From IMG/VR virus record IMGVR_UViG_3300050821_002544: a stretch of 58,940 bases of DNA, one strand, 5' to 3'. Below are positions 29,455-40,207 of the stretch, piece after piece. Position 1 is the stretch's first letter, and each line of letters begins with the position of its first letter. The position numbers were made by a program, and so were the translations under genes. Under the pieces are notes generated by a model, which was not told the origin of the DNA, did not search any database, and saw nothing but the letters and a program-made list of their open reading frames with translations. This DNA comes from a virus. Lineage: Duplodnaviria; Heunggongvirae; Uroviricota; Caudoviricetes.

Positions 29455-32124
29455 TTAGGAAGCAGTTCGAACAATACTATAGCTGGCATTTACTATCGTA
29501 GGATAGACTATCATAACGATATTTGATATATTAGCATTGAATACAGTATTCACAGTAATATTATTCTGTGTAACAGACAATACATTAGAAGTTATGACAT
29601 TCCCATTGGCATTAATCTTCACTATATCGTTGATTGTTACAACACCAAATATACCATTCGCAGTGATTACATTAGATGTATTTTGTATAGATACTGGTCC
29701 ATCAAAAGAAAACGCTGTATTACTTTCTACTACAATCGATGTAGTATTGGTGACAGAAATAATCTGCTTTGCCTGTAGCCATTGATTACTATCAGCAGTA
29801 TTGAATACAATCAAATCACCAACATTTCCGAATGCACCAAAGCTGGTTCCTAATCCTGTTATAATTCCAGTAGGAGCAAATGCATTAGTAGAAACACTTC
29901 CTGCAACCACAGGAATAATATTAACATTACCCTCAGTCTGTATACCTTCTGAAATATCTGCAATCACAGAGAATTTACCTAGCATAGAAGTACCGGCAGG
30001 ATGAACAAGCTTCATTAATGTATTCTTAAAATCAATCAATGCCTTTTCTACTACAACCACATATGAATAATTATGATAGGTTGTTCCATCCTGTAGATGT
30101 TGATCGGCACTCAACATACCATCTGTGGTCAAATAGAAACCAGGATATTGAATCAGACCATTTAAGAATATAGCATTTGCCTGTGCCAATCCATTACCAT
30201 AAATGGTCACATTACTGGTTGTAGCCGTATTAATCTGTGCATTTACAGTAGTAGATATCAAATTTGCTGTTATATTCAATGCTCCCTGATAATTATAGAC
30301 TCTAAGAACAGATGATGTTACATTATAGGAATCAATATACGCAGTCCAACTAGCAATATTGATATTAGCACCCTGGAAAATCCGAGAATCTGTTACAAAA
30401 CTATTATTATTTCCTATTGGATTAATAACCAAATCGGCAACACGAAGTGATACATTAGGCGTAGAGATATAATCAAAACCACGACTTACGATTCTAAAAT
30501 CTGTAATTTGACCAATTTGATTCACTGCAACATTAAGAATAGCTCCTTGACCAAAACCATATGCGGTCAAGGATGCACCGACTCCTGCTGCTGGCATCGC
30601 AACATTAGCGCTATTTACTACAAGAAGGTTAGTAGGTAACTCAATATAACCTTCACCACTAGAAGTTATATTGACATTGGCAATAGTGCCATTTGCCCCT
30701 GTGGTAAAGGTAAAGGCAGCATTATAGCCAATACAAGAAGGTACTACAATCCGGTCTGTTACATTACTATAACCCGATCCACCTAAATTGACTACAACAT
30801 TAGCCACCAATCCTAAATCACTCATAGTCTGAATATTATTAGCAACATCTGGAAAATCAGCAATGTTTGCAAGATCATTAACAAAATCCGTATAATAATT
30901 AGTAGTGACGTTGATAGTAGGAACTTCTGTGAATCCTCCACCACCATTAATGACATTCATAGATGTCAATGCTGCAAATTGAAGATTAGAAAAACTCATT
31001 GCAGCGCCTATTGCAGTATTGATATTTGCATTGGCGATATTAGTAAATGCATAATTTGCACTATTTAATGGTGCATTCATTTTATATTCTATAGAATCTG
31101 TATTTACAAGAACGAAGGTTGAGTTCAATGTATCGAACCCTTGTACAATAATATTTGCACCGGCACCTGTATTATCTGTAGGACCATTTATTACATGAAC
31201 ATTACTATTAGGATATAATCTATATCCTGTGCCACCATAAGCAATAGAAACACCAGTAATAGAACCAGAAGTAACATTACCTACAAAAGCGACTGCCTTT
31301 GCTGCTTGTGTATCACCAGACTGTAATCCACCAGAGATAACAACAGGATCGCCCTGATATACAATTTGTCCTAATCCATTCTGAATAAAGCCTTTATACT
31401 TTAAACCTCTTTTTTTAGGATTAATTACAATATTAGAAATAGAAGAAATGATTTTTTCTGTAAATACTAATGGATTGTTATTAGAATCGAATCCATAGAC
31501 TACATTCAAATTCTCTAGATCAGTAAAATTTTGATTTAAGTTAGAAATGTATACTTCTACTAATTCTATACCTAACCCCTGATCGACTGTTTTTATGGCA
31601 GCCTCAATAATACAAGATGCATTTGATTGGGAACCCAATCCTTGTCTACCCACTAATAAATTTATATCAAAATTTAAATTACTAGGATCAAGAACAAGAC
31701 GCAATGCTTGTGGGAGAGTCCATTTTCCATCCGATGCTTTAAGTATATAATCTTTAGGAAAATAAATATCGGCTTCTTTATTATAGAGTACTCTAAAAAG
31801 AAATTGAATCGATTCTATAGAACCTTTCTTCTGATAGAAATTTCTCGCAGCCTTGATTAGTTTACGTTCATCTAGAGCAACATCATTTGGAAAATATGGA
31901 AGAAAGTCATTGATAAAGTATTGTATAAATGCATCTGTAGTCTGGTCGATATCCTTATATGACAATAGAGATTTTGTCTGTGCAATGACAGCCGAATCAG
32001 CAGAAGTTTCCATCCACTGATAGTATGCCTTAATAAATGCACCAAAATTAGGATTATCTTCCCTTATGAATTGAGGAAGCTGAGAATCAATAAATGTGCT
32101 TACAGTATTAGTAATAGCGGTCAT
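29455..32124 (-). CDS. gp7: Baseplate wedge initiator gp7-like
   Basis: SQLPQFIRED.P.F..FIKAYY, FYQKKGSIESIQFLFR, LKASDGKW, YHNYSYVV, VHPAG; lies after gp6. Confidence 0.8.
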   Translation of the reverse strand: MTAITNTVSTFIDSQLPQFIREDNPNFGAFIKAYYQWMETSADSAVIAQTKSLLSYKDIDQTTDAFIQYFINDFLPYFPNDVALDERKLIKAARNFYQKKGSIESIQFLFRVLYNKEADIYFPKDYILKASDGKWTLPQALRLVLDPSNLNFDINLLVGRQGLGSQSNASCIIEAAIKTVDQGLGIELVEVYISNLNQNFTDLENLNVVYGFDSNNNPLVFTEKIISSISNIVINPKKRGLKYKGFIQNGLGQIVYQGDPVVISGGLQSGDTQAAKAVAFVGNVTSGSITGVSIAYGGTGYRLYPNSNVHVINGPTDNTGAGANIIVQGFDTLNSTFVLVNTDSIEYKMNAPLNSANYAFTNIANANINTAIGAAMSFSNLQFAALTSMNVINGGGGFTEVPTINVTTNYYTDFVNDLANIADFPDVANNIQTMSDLGLVANVVVNLGGSGYSNVTDRIVVPSCIGYNAAFTFTTGANGTIANVNITSSGEGYIELPTNLLVVNSANVAMPAAGVGASLTAYGFGQGAILNVAVNQIGQITDFRIVSRGFDYISTPNVSLRVADLVINPIGNNNSFVTDSRIFQGANINIASWTAYIDSYNVTSSVLRVYNYQGALNITANLISTTVNAQINTATTSNVTIYGNGLAQANAIFLNGLIQYPGFYLTTDGMLSADQHLQDGTTYHNYSYVVVVEKALIDFKNTLMKLVHPAGTSMLGKFSVIADISEGIQTEGNVNIIPVVAGSVSTNAFAPTGIITGLGTSFGAFGNVGDLIVFNTADSNQWLQAKQIISVTNTTSIVVESNTAFSFDGPVSIQNTSNVITANGIFGVVTINDIVKINANGNVITSNVLSVTQNNITVNTVFNANISNIVMIVYPTIVNASYSIVRTAS

Positions 32125-32129
32125 GGCGA

Positions 32130-34190
32130 TTATTGATCGTTAACATCCGTTAGAGATACTAGGATTGCATTGACATCATTAGGATCAATAGTCAGAATGT
32201 TTTGCTTGGAAGAAGAAAATGATAAAACATCTGGTTGCACAAGAATTTTAAGAATACCAGATGTATTTGATATCGCAGTAGGAGCAAAATTATTCAATGT
32301 TATAATACCATCAACATAATTAATAACCCCGGCAACATCATTTAATATAATTTTATTATTATTAGTATCGTAATAATATGTCCTCAAAGTTCCTGTCTTT
32401 CCTTGTAGTGTAGAATTGAATGTTGCTCCGCTGCCGCCGCCTCCCGATGCAGTAACGGTTGCAGTAGTATATTCAGATCCTGGGTTGTCTATAATTACGG
32501 ATGCTACCTTACCATTGACAATGATAGAATAGGCATTTGCGCCCACACCATCACCTATTACAGTAAGAGTAGGAGAAGTAATATATCCAGAACCAGGATT
32601 AATAATATCTACCTCTTCCAAACCAGAAAAGCTATTTGGTGTTTCTTCGATATATGCCTGGCGAGAAGTACCACTCAAGTCATTAATAGAAAATGCTGGT
32701 GTAGAGAATAATCTATCGTTTGTAGTACCACGTTTCAAAGGGAAACCAATGGTAGTTGTATATATGGCACTGACATTCAAGGCAGGAGTCAGATGTTTCT
32801 CAATATAGATGGTTGCCGTAGAAGATAAAATAGAGATTTCAGAATCATCAATCGCACGCAACATACGAGAAAGACGAAATTCTGAATTAAATGTGTTAAG
32901 GTTTAGATTTGCATAATTATTAATTGCATTGATAATAAGAGAACTAATCTGACCAGTATTTCTTGTAGTCTGTGTAGAATCATATTCTGCATCGATTGCA
33001 AGAACGATATAATTATAATCAACATCAACAAATTCTGGCGTGACAGTAAGAATAGAGATTGGTTTGATAATCTGGCTAATTACAAATTGTTTTTGTGCTT
33101 CTGTGATTGCGAAACCATTCTTTGGTTTCGCAGAAATAAACACTTTTCCATAGACAGGAGGAACTTCATCTTCGCCCCCCCAAATAGTAACAGCATCGAA
33201 ATATGGATAGTTCTTATTAATCAAGGCAATATAATCGTTTACAGTAATTGCACGATTTTGAGCAATATATGATTTTGGTGCATTGAATTTAATAGAAGCA
33301 ACATCCTCTATTACAGAACCACCGGCAGAGCCAGCAACAGTAGTAGTATTTGATGTAGAACTAGAAAGAACAGCAGATTTCAATTGGAATGTCTGTAGAT
33401 CATTTGCCACATTCGCATTGGTAATAATATAGCTGACTACAAGAACAGAACCATTATCCAGATTTGCTCCTATGATGCCGTCTCCAAAATAAATCTGGTA
33501 GTTACCATTGGTTCCTTCTTGTAGGAAGTATACATTATCGGTAGCTCCTACCTCTGTAAAGTCCGTAGCAAGAGTAAATTTGGTCTGTTGGATATTGGTA
33601 GGAGATTGCTGTACAATAACCTGAATAGTAGAAGTATCAATATTTTGATCTGTAAGATCGAATGTCTGAGTAGAATTAGTTGTTGTATCGACAAGAAAAC
33701 TTACTACGGTAGGTGCACCTTCCTTAATAATAACATTAGGAAAGAAAAAAGTATTTCCAGATGCCTGTACCGTAACATCATCCAATGTTACAAAGTTATA
33801 TGAATTGCCAGAAAGTGCCGCTGAACCAAACGAGGTAAATCTAGGTAAAGTCAATAAAACCGTGTTATCTGTATTAGACTTTGTAATTGCAACATTAATG
33901 GTTGCCTGGGCGGCAGTAGCGGATTTAGGAGTATAGCCAAGAGACTTTGCATGAGAAACGACGGTTTGACGAAGTACGGCAGTATCCAAAAACATTTCAT
34001 TTGCGATCATGTTCATATAGAATGCATTATAGTGTGTATTATATGCAAGTATGTCTAGCAATACATTGATCGCTGCACCTTCAAAGTTATAGTCCTGAAA
34101 CTGTGTCTGATTCTGTAGGAATGATTTCAGACTAGCCTTGAGAGAATCAAAGTCTATATTTGTAAGCTGAATTTTGCTATTTGCGCTCAT
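32130..34190 (-). CDS. gp6: Baseplate wedge subunit gp6
   Basis: DFDSLK..LK.FL, DYNFEGA..VLLDILAYNTHYNAFY.NM.ANE.FLDTA, YIAQNRAITVNDY, VPPVYGKVFIS.KP. Confidence 0.95.
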   Translation of the reverse strand: MSANSKIQLTNIDFDSLKASLKSFLQNQTQFQDYNFEGAAINVLLDILAYNTHYNAFYMNMIANEMFLDTAVLRQTVVSHAKSLGYTPKSATAAQATINVAITKSNTDNTVLLTLPRFTSFGSAALSGNSYNFVTLDDVTVQASGNTFFFPNVIIKEGAPTVVSFLVDTTTNSTQTFDLTDQNIDTSTIQVIVQQSPTNIQQTKFTLATDFTEVGATDNVYFLQEGTNGNYQIYFGDGIIGANLDNGSVLVVSYIITNANVANDLQTFQLKSAVLSSSTSNTTTVAGSAGGSVIEDVASIKFNAPKSYIAQNRAITVNDYIALINKNYPYFDAVTIWGGEDEVPPVYGKVFISAKPKNGFAITEAQKQFVISQIIKPISILTVTPEFVDVDYNYIVLAIDAEYDSTQTTRNTGQISSLIINAINNYANLNLNTFNSEFRLSRMLRAIDDSEISILSSTATIYIEKHLTPALNVSAIYTTTIGFPLKRGTTNDRLFSTPAFSINDLSGTSRQAYIEETPNSFSGLEEVDIINPGSGYITSPTLTVIGDGVGANAYSIIVNGKVASVIIDNPGSEYTTATVTASGGGGSGATFNSTLQGKTGTLRTYYYDTNNNKIILNDVAGVINYVDGIITLNNFAPTAISNTSGILKILVQPDVLSFSSSKQNILTIDPNDVNAILVSLTDVNDQ

Positions 34191-34579
34191 CTAATTCTCT
34201 CTAAAAATACTGTTATTGTTATAGGATCAGGAAGTGTAATAATAGAGAATTCTATTGTCACATTATAACCATCACCGGTGATATCAGACGAAACATACAC
34301 ACCTAATACATCGGCTCTAGGTTCAAAATTCTTTATGACAACATTAATCTCATTAGAAAGTAAATTTGCCGTAATATTATCACAAGGTTCAAATAGCAAT
34401 CTTCTTAGGTTTCCACCAATCTCTGGATGAAATGGCTTCTCGTAATATGCCAATTGAAGAAGATTCAATACTGCCTGAACAACGGCGGCGCTTCCTGTTA
34501 CTTTTGTCAAATCACTAGTAATAGGATTCGGAATAAAAGACACATTAAAGTCACTGTATGTGCGGGTATTTAAACTCAT
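34187..34579 (-). CDS. gp25: Baseplate wedge subunit gp25
   Basis: YSDFN.SF..NP.T.D, YYEKPFHPEIGGNLRRLLFE, IKNFEPRA, VFLERIR. Confidence 0.93.
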   Translation of the reverse strand: MSLNTRTYSDFNVSFIPNPITSDLTKVTGSAAVVQAVLNLLQLAYYEKPFHPEIGGNLRRLLFEPCDNITANLLSNEINVVIKNFEPRADVLGVYVSSDITGDGYNVTIEFSIITLPDPITITVFLERIR

Positions 34580-35007
34580 AACCAAATCCTCTTACCAGTT
34601 ATTTCATCCTTTTTCCATGATCTACCTTTATAGATTTTGCCAGGATTTAAATCTCCCATATGAGAAATTGAAATCTTTTGTTTATGAGAATTTGTTAATT
34701 TTTTACCTAACTTAGCCTTACGAAACTTTTCTTTCATTTCTATAGACCATGGTTTGCCTTTATTATTTCCTGGTATTAGATTCCCTTTATTGGCTTTTCC
34801 ACATGCACTAAAAACCATTTGTAATACTTCTTCTTGACCTATTTGTCCACTTAATGCTTTCCAAGCAATTTCGTCTTGCCAATGTCTATACATTAACCAT
34901 AGTTGTTTATGCGCTTCTGCATGTTCTTCAATAGTTAATTCTATAAGATTAGAGGGATCGTTTGATCCACCCATATGTTTTGGAATTATATGATGTTCAT
35001 GTAACAT
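34576..35007 (-). mobile_element. Free-standing HNH homing endonuclease (paralogue of 1922-2425)
   Basis: HEHHIIPKHMGG...NLIELTIEEHAEAH; NUMOD3-like KLTNSHKQKIS; own CTAAATA promoter at 35012-35018. Confidence 0.85.
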
Positions 35008-35020
35008 ACGGTATTTAGAC

Positions 35021-37027
35021 TCAACTTAAAAACAGAGAACGTTCTTTTGCACGTCTTGCGGATAGTGCAGGAAGCGTCTTCCCGGCTGCTTTGTTCCATA
35101 CCAGAAATGCATCACCGGCAGCACACCATTGAGAAGCATTAATGCGCTTACGGAGCGTAGATTTAAGGAAATTTGATCCTCCGATATTATACATCAGACT
35201 CAGACATGCGTCTACCATATTTTGAGTTAATTGTACAGAGATTGCCTGACGAAGTGTAGGAAGAAATGTATTGTTAATAGCATCCTCTAGGAAGCTTTCG
35301 GCTGTAGCACGACTGATTAGTTCACCTATCGTAACAGGCTGACCGATTGCCGATGCAGTACTTCCATAGCCGATTGTGAGTGGTTCTCCACCGGTTGCAG
35401 GATCAGGATAGGCAGTTACTGTATCGGCAGAAACAACCTTTGCAAAGCCTTCTGATGCTTTTATGAGTGCCAATCCACTAGCTCCAATTGCCCAACTAGA
35501 AGAATCTGAAAGAAATGTTACTTTTGTAGGATCAAAAGTACATGGTTGTGAAGGTATATTTGCTGTATTTGCATCTGGTGGAACGAGACTACCATCACCA
35601 GAAGTATTAAGAAATTGTTGCTGTTTGAATGCAAGTCCAGTCTCAGGATCGTAATTAGGTAAGAATGGACCCGGAATTGGCACAGGAACATCTTCTGGCA
35701 ATGCCTCTCCTGTATTCTTAGTCATAGCAGAAATAGGACCACCAATTCCTGTAGGTGTTCCTGCAACTGCCGCCGATGCAGAAGAAACAGAACCAGTAGG
35801 TACAATAGTTCCGAATCCGCCTTGTGGGTCCATTACTTGATTAGATACAGTTCCTGTCAAAGCAATACTTCCACCACCCATAGAAATCAATCCTACACTC
35901 ATATTAGGAGCAGTAAAATTACCAACCCCCGATGCCTTTAAATTAAGGTCTCCGGTAGAAGTAATAGAAGTAGCAGGAGAAGTTTCATCTAGAGATGTTT
36001 TTCCAGTAGAGTGTATAGTTTCAGCAATTGCTGAAAAATCATTTGTAATATCAAAATTAGCAGAATTTGCTTTGACATTAAACGCACCACCAACAGAAAA
36101 ATCCATATCTCCTGCTACATTGGCAGTCATCTTTCCGCCACCCTCTAGAATAATATCACCTTTCACACGGATAAGAGCATCACCGTCGATAGTTAGCATT
36201 ACTGTTCCCATGACATGCACATGATCGTCTGCCATGATTACTGTATAATTACTCTTAGTAATTTTTTCTACTTTGGTTCCTGTAGGAAACCACTCTACAT
36301 AGGAGCCTGTTCTATGAGCAATATGTACACGTTCAAATCCTGGTGTATCATCCAGTTCAAATACATGACCAGATTCTGTCTCAGTTGCCTGATTGTATGG
36401 ATACAAAGGATTATAGGCAGGATACGGTTCACTCCATATCTTTCCATTAGCAGTAAGAATGCTTTTATCCAGATTAGATTTACGTGCTTGTATAACAGTA
36501 TTTGCAAGATTTTGATAGGATGCAACACCGGTAATACTACTCTTATCCAATTCATCTTTATTGGGATGACGAAGAGATTCTAATACTGCCGTATCTGCCG
36601 TATTTGCTTCTGTGAGGATAATACCAGAACCATCTATATTATATTTTCTAGATATAGGATGTTTAGGAGCATATTTTAATGTTGCTTGAGAACGAAGATC
36701 ATTAAAGCCCAATCCTACATTAGGAGGACTAGTAAAATATCCGGGAATAATTCCCAATACTACAGGATATTGTCCATTACGACCATCAGTAAAAAAACCA
36801 AATACTAGGTCTGCTTCTCTAGGTGTTCCGAATGCACGAGTATTTACTGCATGAGATACTGATGCCCATGGAAGATTCACAGTAGGAATATCTGTCAAGG
36901 AATTAGAATGCCAGCCAAATATACGTACCTGAACTCTTCCTAAACCTAATGGGTCTTGACGGTTCTCTACAATACCATACCAGAAAATAAATTCCATTCC
37001 CATAAAATTCTTGTCTAATATTGTCAT
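35021..37027 (-). CDS. gp5: Baseplate hub/needle protein gp5 with a C-terminal GH24-type lysozyme
   Basis: OB-fold VENRQDPLGLGRVQVRIFGWH, YPYNQ.TETESGH.FELDDTPG.ER.H..HRTG; C-terminal LIKASEG...TIGYG...YNIG...RRAKERSLFL. Confidence 0.9.
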   Translation of the reverse strand: MTILDKNFMGMEFIFWYGIVENRQDPLGLGRVQVRIFGWHSNSLTDIPTVNLPWASVSHAVNTRAFGTPREADLVFGFFTDGRNGQYPVVLGIIPGYFTSPPNVGLGFNDLRSQATLKYAPKHPISRKYNIDGSGIILTEANTADTAVLESLRHPNKDELDKSSITGVASYQNLANTVIQARKSNLDKSILTANGKIWSEPYPAYNPLYPYNQATETESGHVFELDDTPGFERVHIAHRTGSYVEWFPTGTKVEKITKSNYTVIMADDHVHVMGTVMLTIDGDALIRVKGDIILEGGGKMTANVAGDMDFSVGGAFNVKANSANFDITNDFSAIAETIHSTGKTSLDETSPATSITSTGDLNLKASGVGNFTAPNMSVGLISMGGGSIALTGTVSNQVMDPQGGFGTIVPTGSVSSASAAVAGTPTGIGGPISAMTKNTGEALPEDVPVPIPGPFLPNYDPETGLAFKQQQFLNTSGDGSLVPPDANTANIPSQPCTFDPTKVTFLSDSSSWAIGASGLALIKASEGFAKVVSADTVTAYPDPATGGEPLTIGYGSTASAIGQPVTIGELISRATAESFLEDAINNTFLPTLRQAISVQLTQNMVDACLSLMYNIGGSNFLKSTLRKRINASQWCAAGDAFLVWNKAAGKTLPALSARRAKERSLFLS

Positions 37028-38331
37028 GATTTAATCAATCCTGAAATTGTCTGAGAATTTTGTGCAGAGCTTGGTAATGTAATATTCACAGAATCTGATA
37101 GTAGTTCTAATGTGGTAGATGCAATATCTTGTACAAATTTATGATGAACAGCAGATACTAGATAGTTACCTGTCCTCATAGGATCATTCTGTGTTACATC
37201 TGCTTGGGGCGTCATTTTAGGAATAATTAAACCAACCACCGATCCTGCCTTTATCAAAATATCACCGGGAATAACAATAACTGCCTTAAATGAATTTATT
37301 TGTCCTAATCTCGTAGCAGTCTGCGGCAACCAATTTTTAATATTTGCGGGATTAAATGTGGGATCGGAATCACTAGAAGCAATATATTTCACCATATTCT
37401 CAGTAGTAGTATATAGAGACAATCCGAATCGATTCTGTAGATCATTTGCAGGTATGCTCTTGTTTAAAAGTCCTGATGCCGACACTTGTTTTGCATTAAA
37501 ATTTGTAGCAGAATAACTTCTATTTACAAGATCCAATACAGCAAGAGTAGAAGAAAAACTACCATATTTCATTGCCTTGATGATATCAAAATCTTCTATA
37601 ATACCAATGAAATTATAGGAATTAAAATTATCTGCCGGATCAGAAGTAATTTTTACTGATCGACTATAGGTATTATATACTGGCAAAGAAATTAGATTCT
37701 CATAGGATGTAAAATTATAGCCATCACGATTTTCAAAGAATAAAAAGAGATTTTGATTATCATTATATGCACGTGGCGTAAGCCATTCTATTGCTTCAAA
37801 TGGTTGCATACGCGGAATAATGATATCAAAATTACCCTTTGCAGTGGAAAATATACCATTAGAAGTTTTATTTGGATTCGTTTGTAGTCTATTCACTAGT
37901 ATATCATTAACCATCTTATCTATGGTTAAGCCTTTATAGGATTTGCTAATGATAGTCTGTGTAGATAGAATCAACTCTTCTGAACAAAAATGGATAGTAT
38001 AATTTTGGAGTGAATTAGTACCAAATTTTCTGTCAGATATCTTATAAATGCGGAAAGTCTTTATTATAGGCTTATCTAGAGTAGGTTTATCTATGTTGAT
38101 AAGGATATATTCATTACCATGTAGATTATAGGAAGAAATGATATCACCGGCATCGCCTAGTGTAACAGAACCAGTCATAACAGGAGAGAAAATATCTTCA
38201 TATAGATTTAATTCTAACATGATATTCTTTATATTTACTGATTGACCAGTACTTGTTACTATTACCAGAGCGCTAAGTTTATAATCACTTGTGGCAACAA
38301 GACCAGAAGTGGGTTGTGATTCATCTGCCAT
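37024..38331 (-). CDS. Baseplate hub protein (gp27/gpD-like)
   Basis: LYEDIFSPVMTG, F.FFENRDGYNF, TGNYLVSAVHH; position between gp53 and gp5. Confidence 0.7.
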   Translation of the reverse strand: MADESQPTSGLVATSDYKLSALVIVTSTGQSVNIKNIMLELNLYEDIFSPVMTGSVTLGDAGDIISSYNLHGNEYILINIDKPTLDKPIIKTFRIYKISDRKFGTNSLQNYTIHFCSEELILSTQTIISKSYKGLTIDKMVNDILVNRLQTNPNKTSNGIFSTAKGNFDIIIPRMQPFEAIEWLTPRAYNDNQNLFLFFENRDGYNFTSYENLISLPVYNTYSRSVKITSDPADNFNSYNFIGIIEDFDIIKAMKYGSFSSTLAVLDLVNRSYSATNFNAKQVSASGLLNKSIPANDLQNRFGLSLYTTTENMVKYIASSDSDPTFNPANIKNWLPQTATRLGQINSFKAVIVIPGDILIKAGSVVGLIIPKMTPQADVTQNDPMRTGNYLVSAVHHKFVQDIASTTLELLSDSVNITLPSSAQNSQTISGLIKS

Positions 38332-38335
38332 AATA

Positions 38336-39007
38336 TTAACTACTTAATAGTTGTTGAAATTCTTGCTCTAGAGAAGCGGCATATTGCTTGTCCAACAATT
38401 GAAGTTGTCTTTTACTTTCATTCTGTGATATTTCATAGTCATAATTGCTGACTGCAACCCACACTGTATCTGTGACAACAGTTGTTCCATCAGTTAACAC
38501 AATTGTTGTACTGCCTTGATCCAAAATAGGATGTTGGATACTAGGTAAAGTAATTATTTCAAGCTGATTGGTTGTGAAATTATAACTATAACCATCCTGT
38601 AGAGTAGAAACATATGATTGAACATTTGATGTACCTGCGCGCGATGTAGTCACATTCACATACTGATTAACATGGTGGAGTGTTGCCTGTGCATTCGCAA
38701 GAGAACCATATTTTATAATGATATTATTGTTTAGATCATTATCCTTTAAAGGCATATCAAAATAGGGATCTACTACTTGATTTGCAAAGAATACCATCCA
38801 ATGACGTTTTGTGTCACCATAATACTTATGAGCGATAATTTCTGCTGTATCTGAATCTTTCATGTTGTATTTGTAATACACAAGAGAATTCTGTAGGACA
38901 TCATCCAATACCTTGACCCTTGCAAAGATATTGACTACTGTTCGATAGTCATATTTTAGAGGATCGAAGGAATAAAGAATTTGAGGAAGTTGAGCAAAAT
39001 ATTCCAT
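38336..39007 (-). CDS. gp53: Baseplate wedge protein gp53
   Basis: YFAQLP, NIFARV, DTAEIIAHKYYGD...HWMV..AN, NYDYE...NESKRQ..LL. Confidence 0.9.
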   Translation of the reverse strand: MEYFAQLPQILYSFDPLKYDYRTVVNIFARVKVLDDVLQNSLVYYKYNMKDSDTAEIIAHKYYGDTKRHWMVFFANQVVDPYFDMPLKDNDLNNNIIIKYGSLANAQATLHHVNQYVNVTTSRAGTSNVQSYVSTLQDGYSYNFTTNQLEIITLPSIQHPILDQGSTTIVLTDGTTVVTDTVWVAVSNYDYEISQNESKRQLQLLDKQYAASLEQEFQQLLSS

Positions 39008-39009
39008 GG

Positions 39010-40158
39010 TTAATATCCGTAGGTATCTATCATTTCTCGCGTTATAATATCAGTTTCGATGAATGAAAGGGTCATGTTAATATGTACAGGCATACCATCC
39101 TGAAATGTTGTATATTGAGAAGAACCCGCATAATTCACAAGAATCTGAGTCAATGCACAAGTAGAGATTTTTGCAATAGCATCATTTTCTTTATTATTAA
39201 AATAAAATGAAATATCAAATTGAGCAGGAGGAATGAAGTATCTTCCATTTCCTTCTGATGAAATTTCTGGTGCTGCATACATTCTAAATGTTTTTATGAT
39301 ATCTAGAATTGCAGCAGATTCTGTTGCCGATCTTGGTTGAAAATCAAATACAAAGTTATAGGTACGATTCTTCGTACCATTGAATATCATTTCTACTTGT
39401 GGATTGATTGCCTGTCCTGTACCTCTCAATGCTAATTGTGTGAAACCAGGACCGGCACCTAATGCCTGTGCTGCTGCACCTACTGCTTCGGCACCTTGGG
39501 CATTGTTAAATAAGGTTGGGCTAAAGTTTTCATTTTTGATCCATGCAACAGCATCATTTTTAAGATTTTCTGCAATATTGCCCACGCCCTGTCCTAATGC
39601 AGCATCTGAACCTGCCTTTCCTAATGCTTCTGTGAGTGATACAGTATTCCAGTCATGTGAGTACTCGGATACTACCGTATCTGGCATATAGATGGCTATT
39701 GCTTTCTTTACGCGCTGTAGCTTAGGCACAAGAATAATCTGTTGACTAATGGCGGCAACAGTACCACTTGCTAATGCCGAACCAGCAACATCCAGACCAG
39801 GAACCGTACCACTAGATATGTCACTCAATGCCTTACGCGTCGCGCCACCACCTGCCGCAGCCGAAGTACTTGCCTGATAGACTCCACCCTGAGAGTTCTT
39901 TAGATCATAATTGGTCTGAGAAGCAGATTGTACATTCGCTACCTGACCACCAGCATTTGATGTATATTTGGAATTAGTAGGTAGATTGATATTGAAAACT
40001 ACATAATGTGGAACATCCTGAGAGCCAACAGTCAAAGGATATCTAGAAGTAGAAAAATCATATGTACTTTGATCTAATGAGGACAAAGCGCCAGTTCCTT
40101 GTGCTTTAGAACTGGCTGTTGGGTTATTTAATACATTGATATCGGAGATAATTCCCAT
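39010..40158 (-). CDS. gp48: Baseplate tail tube cap gp48
   Basis: IAIYMPD, AINPQVEMIFNG...RTYNFVFDFQPRS..ES..I..IIKTFR, P..I.MTLSF.ET. Confidence 0.88.
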   Translation of the reverse strand: MGIISDINVLNNPTASSKAQGTGALSSLDQSTYDFSTSRYPLTVGSQDVPHYVVFNINLPTNSKYTSNAGGQVANVQSASQTNYDLKNSQGGVYQASTSAAAGGGATRKALSDISSGTVPGLDVAGSALASGTVAAISQQIILVPKLQRVKKAIAIYMPDTVVSEYSHDWNTVSLTEALGKAGSDAALGQGVGNIAENLKNDAVAWIKNENFSPTLFNNAQGAEAVGAAAQALGAGPGFTQLALRGTGQAINPQVEMIFNGTKNRTYNFVFDFQPRSATESAAILDIIKTFRMYAAPEISSEGNGRYFIPPAQFDISFYFNNKENDAIAKISTCALTQILVNYAGSSQYTTFQDGMPVHINMTLSFIETDIITREMIDTYGY

Positions 40159-40207
40159 CGATAAATACTACCTATAGTTGGATTTTATATTTAGGAGCAA
40201 TTTCATA

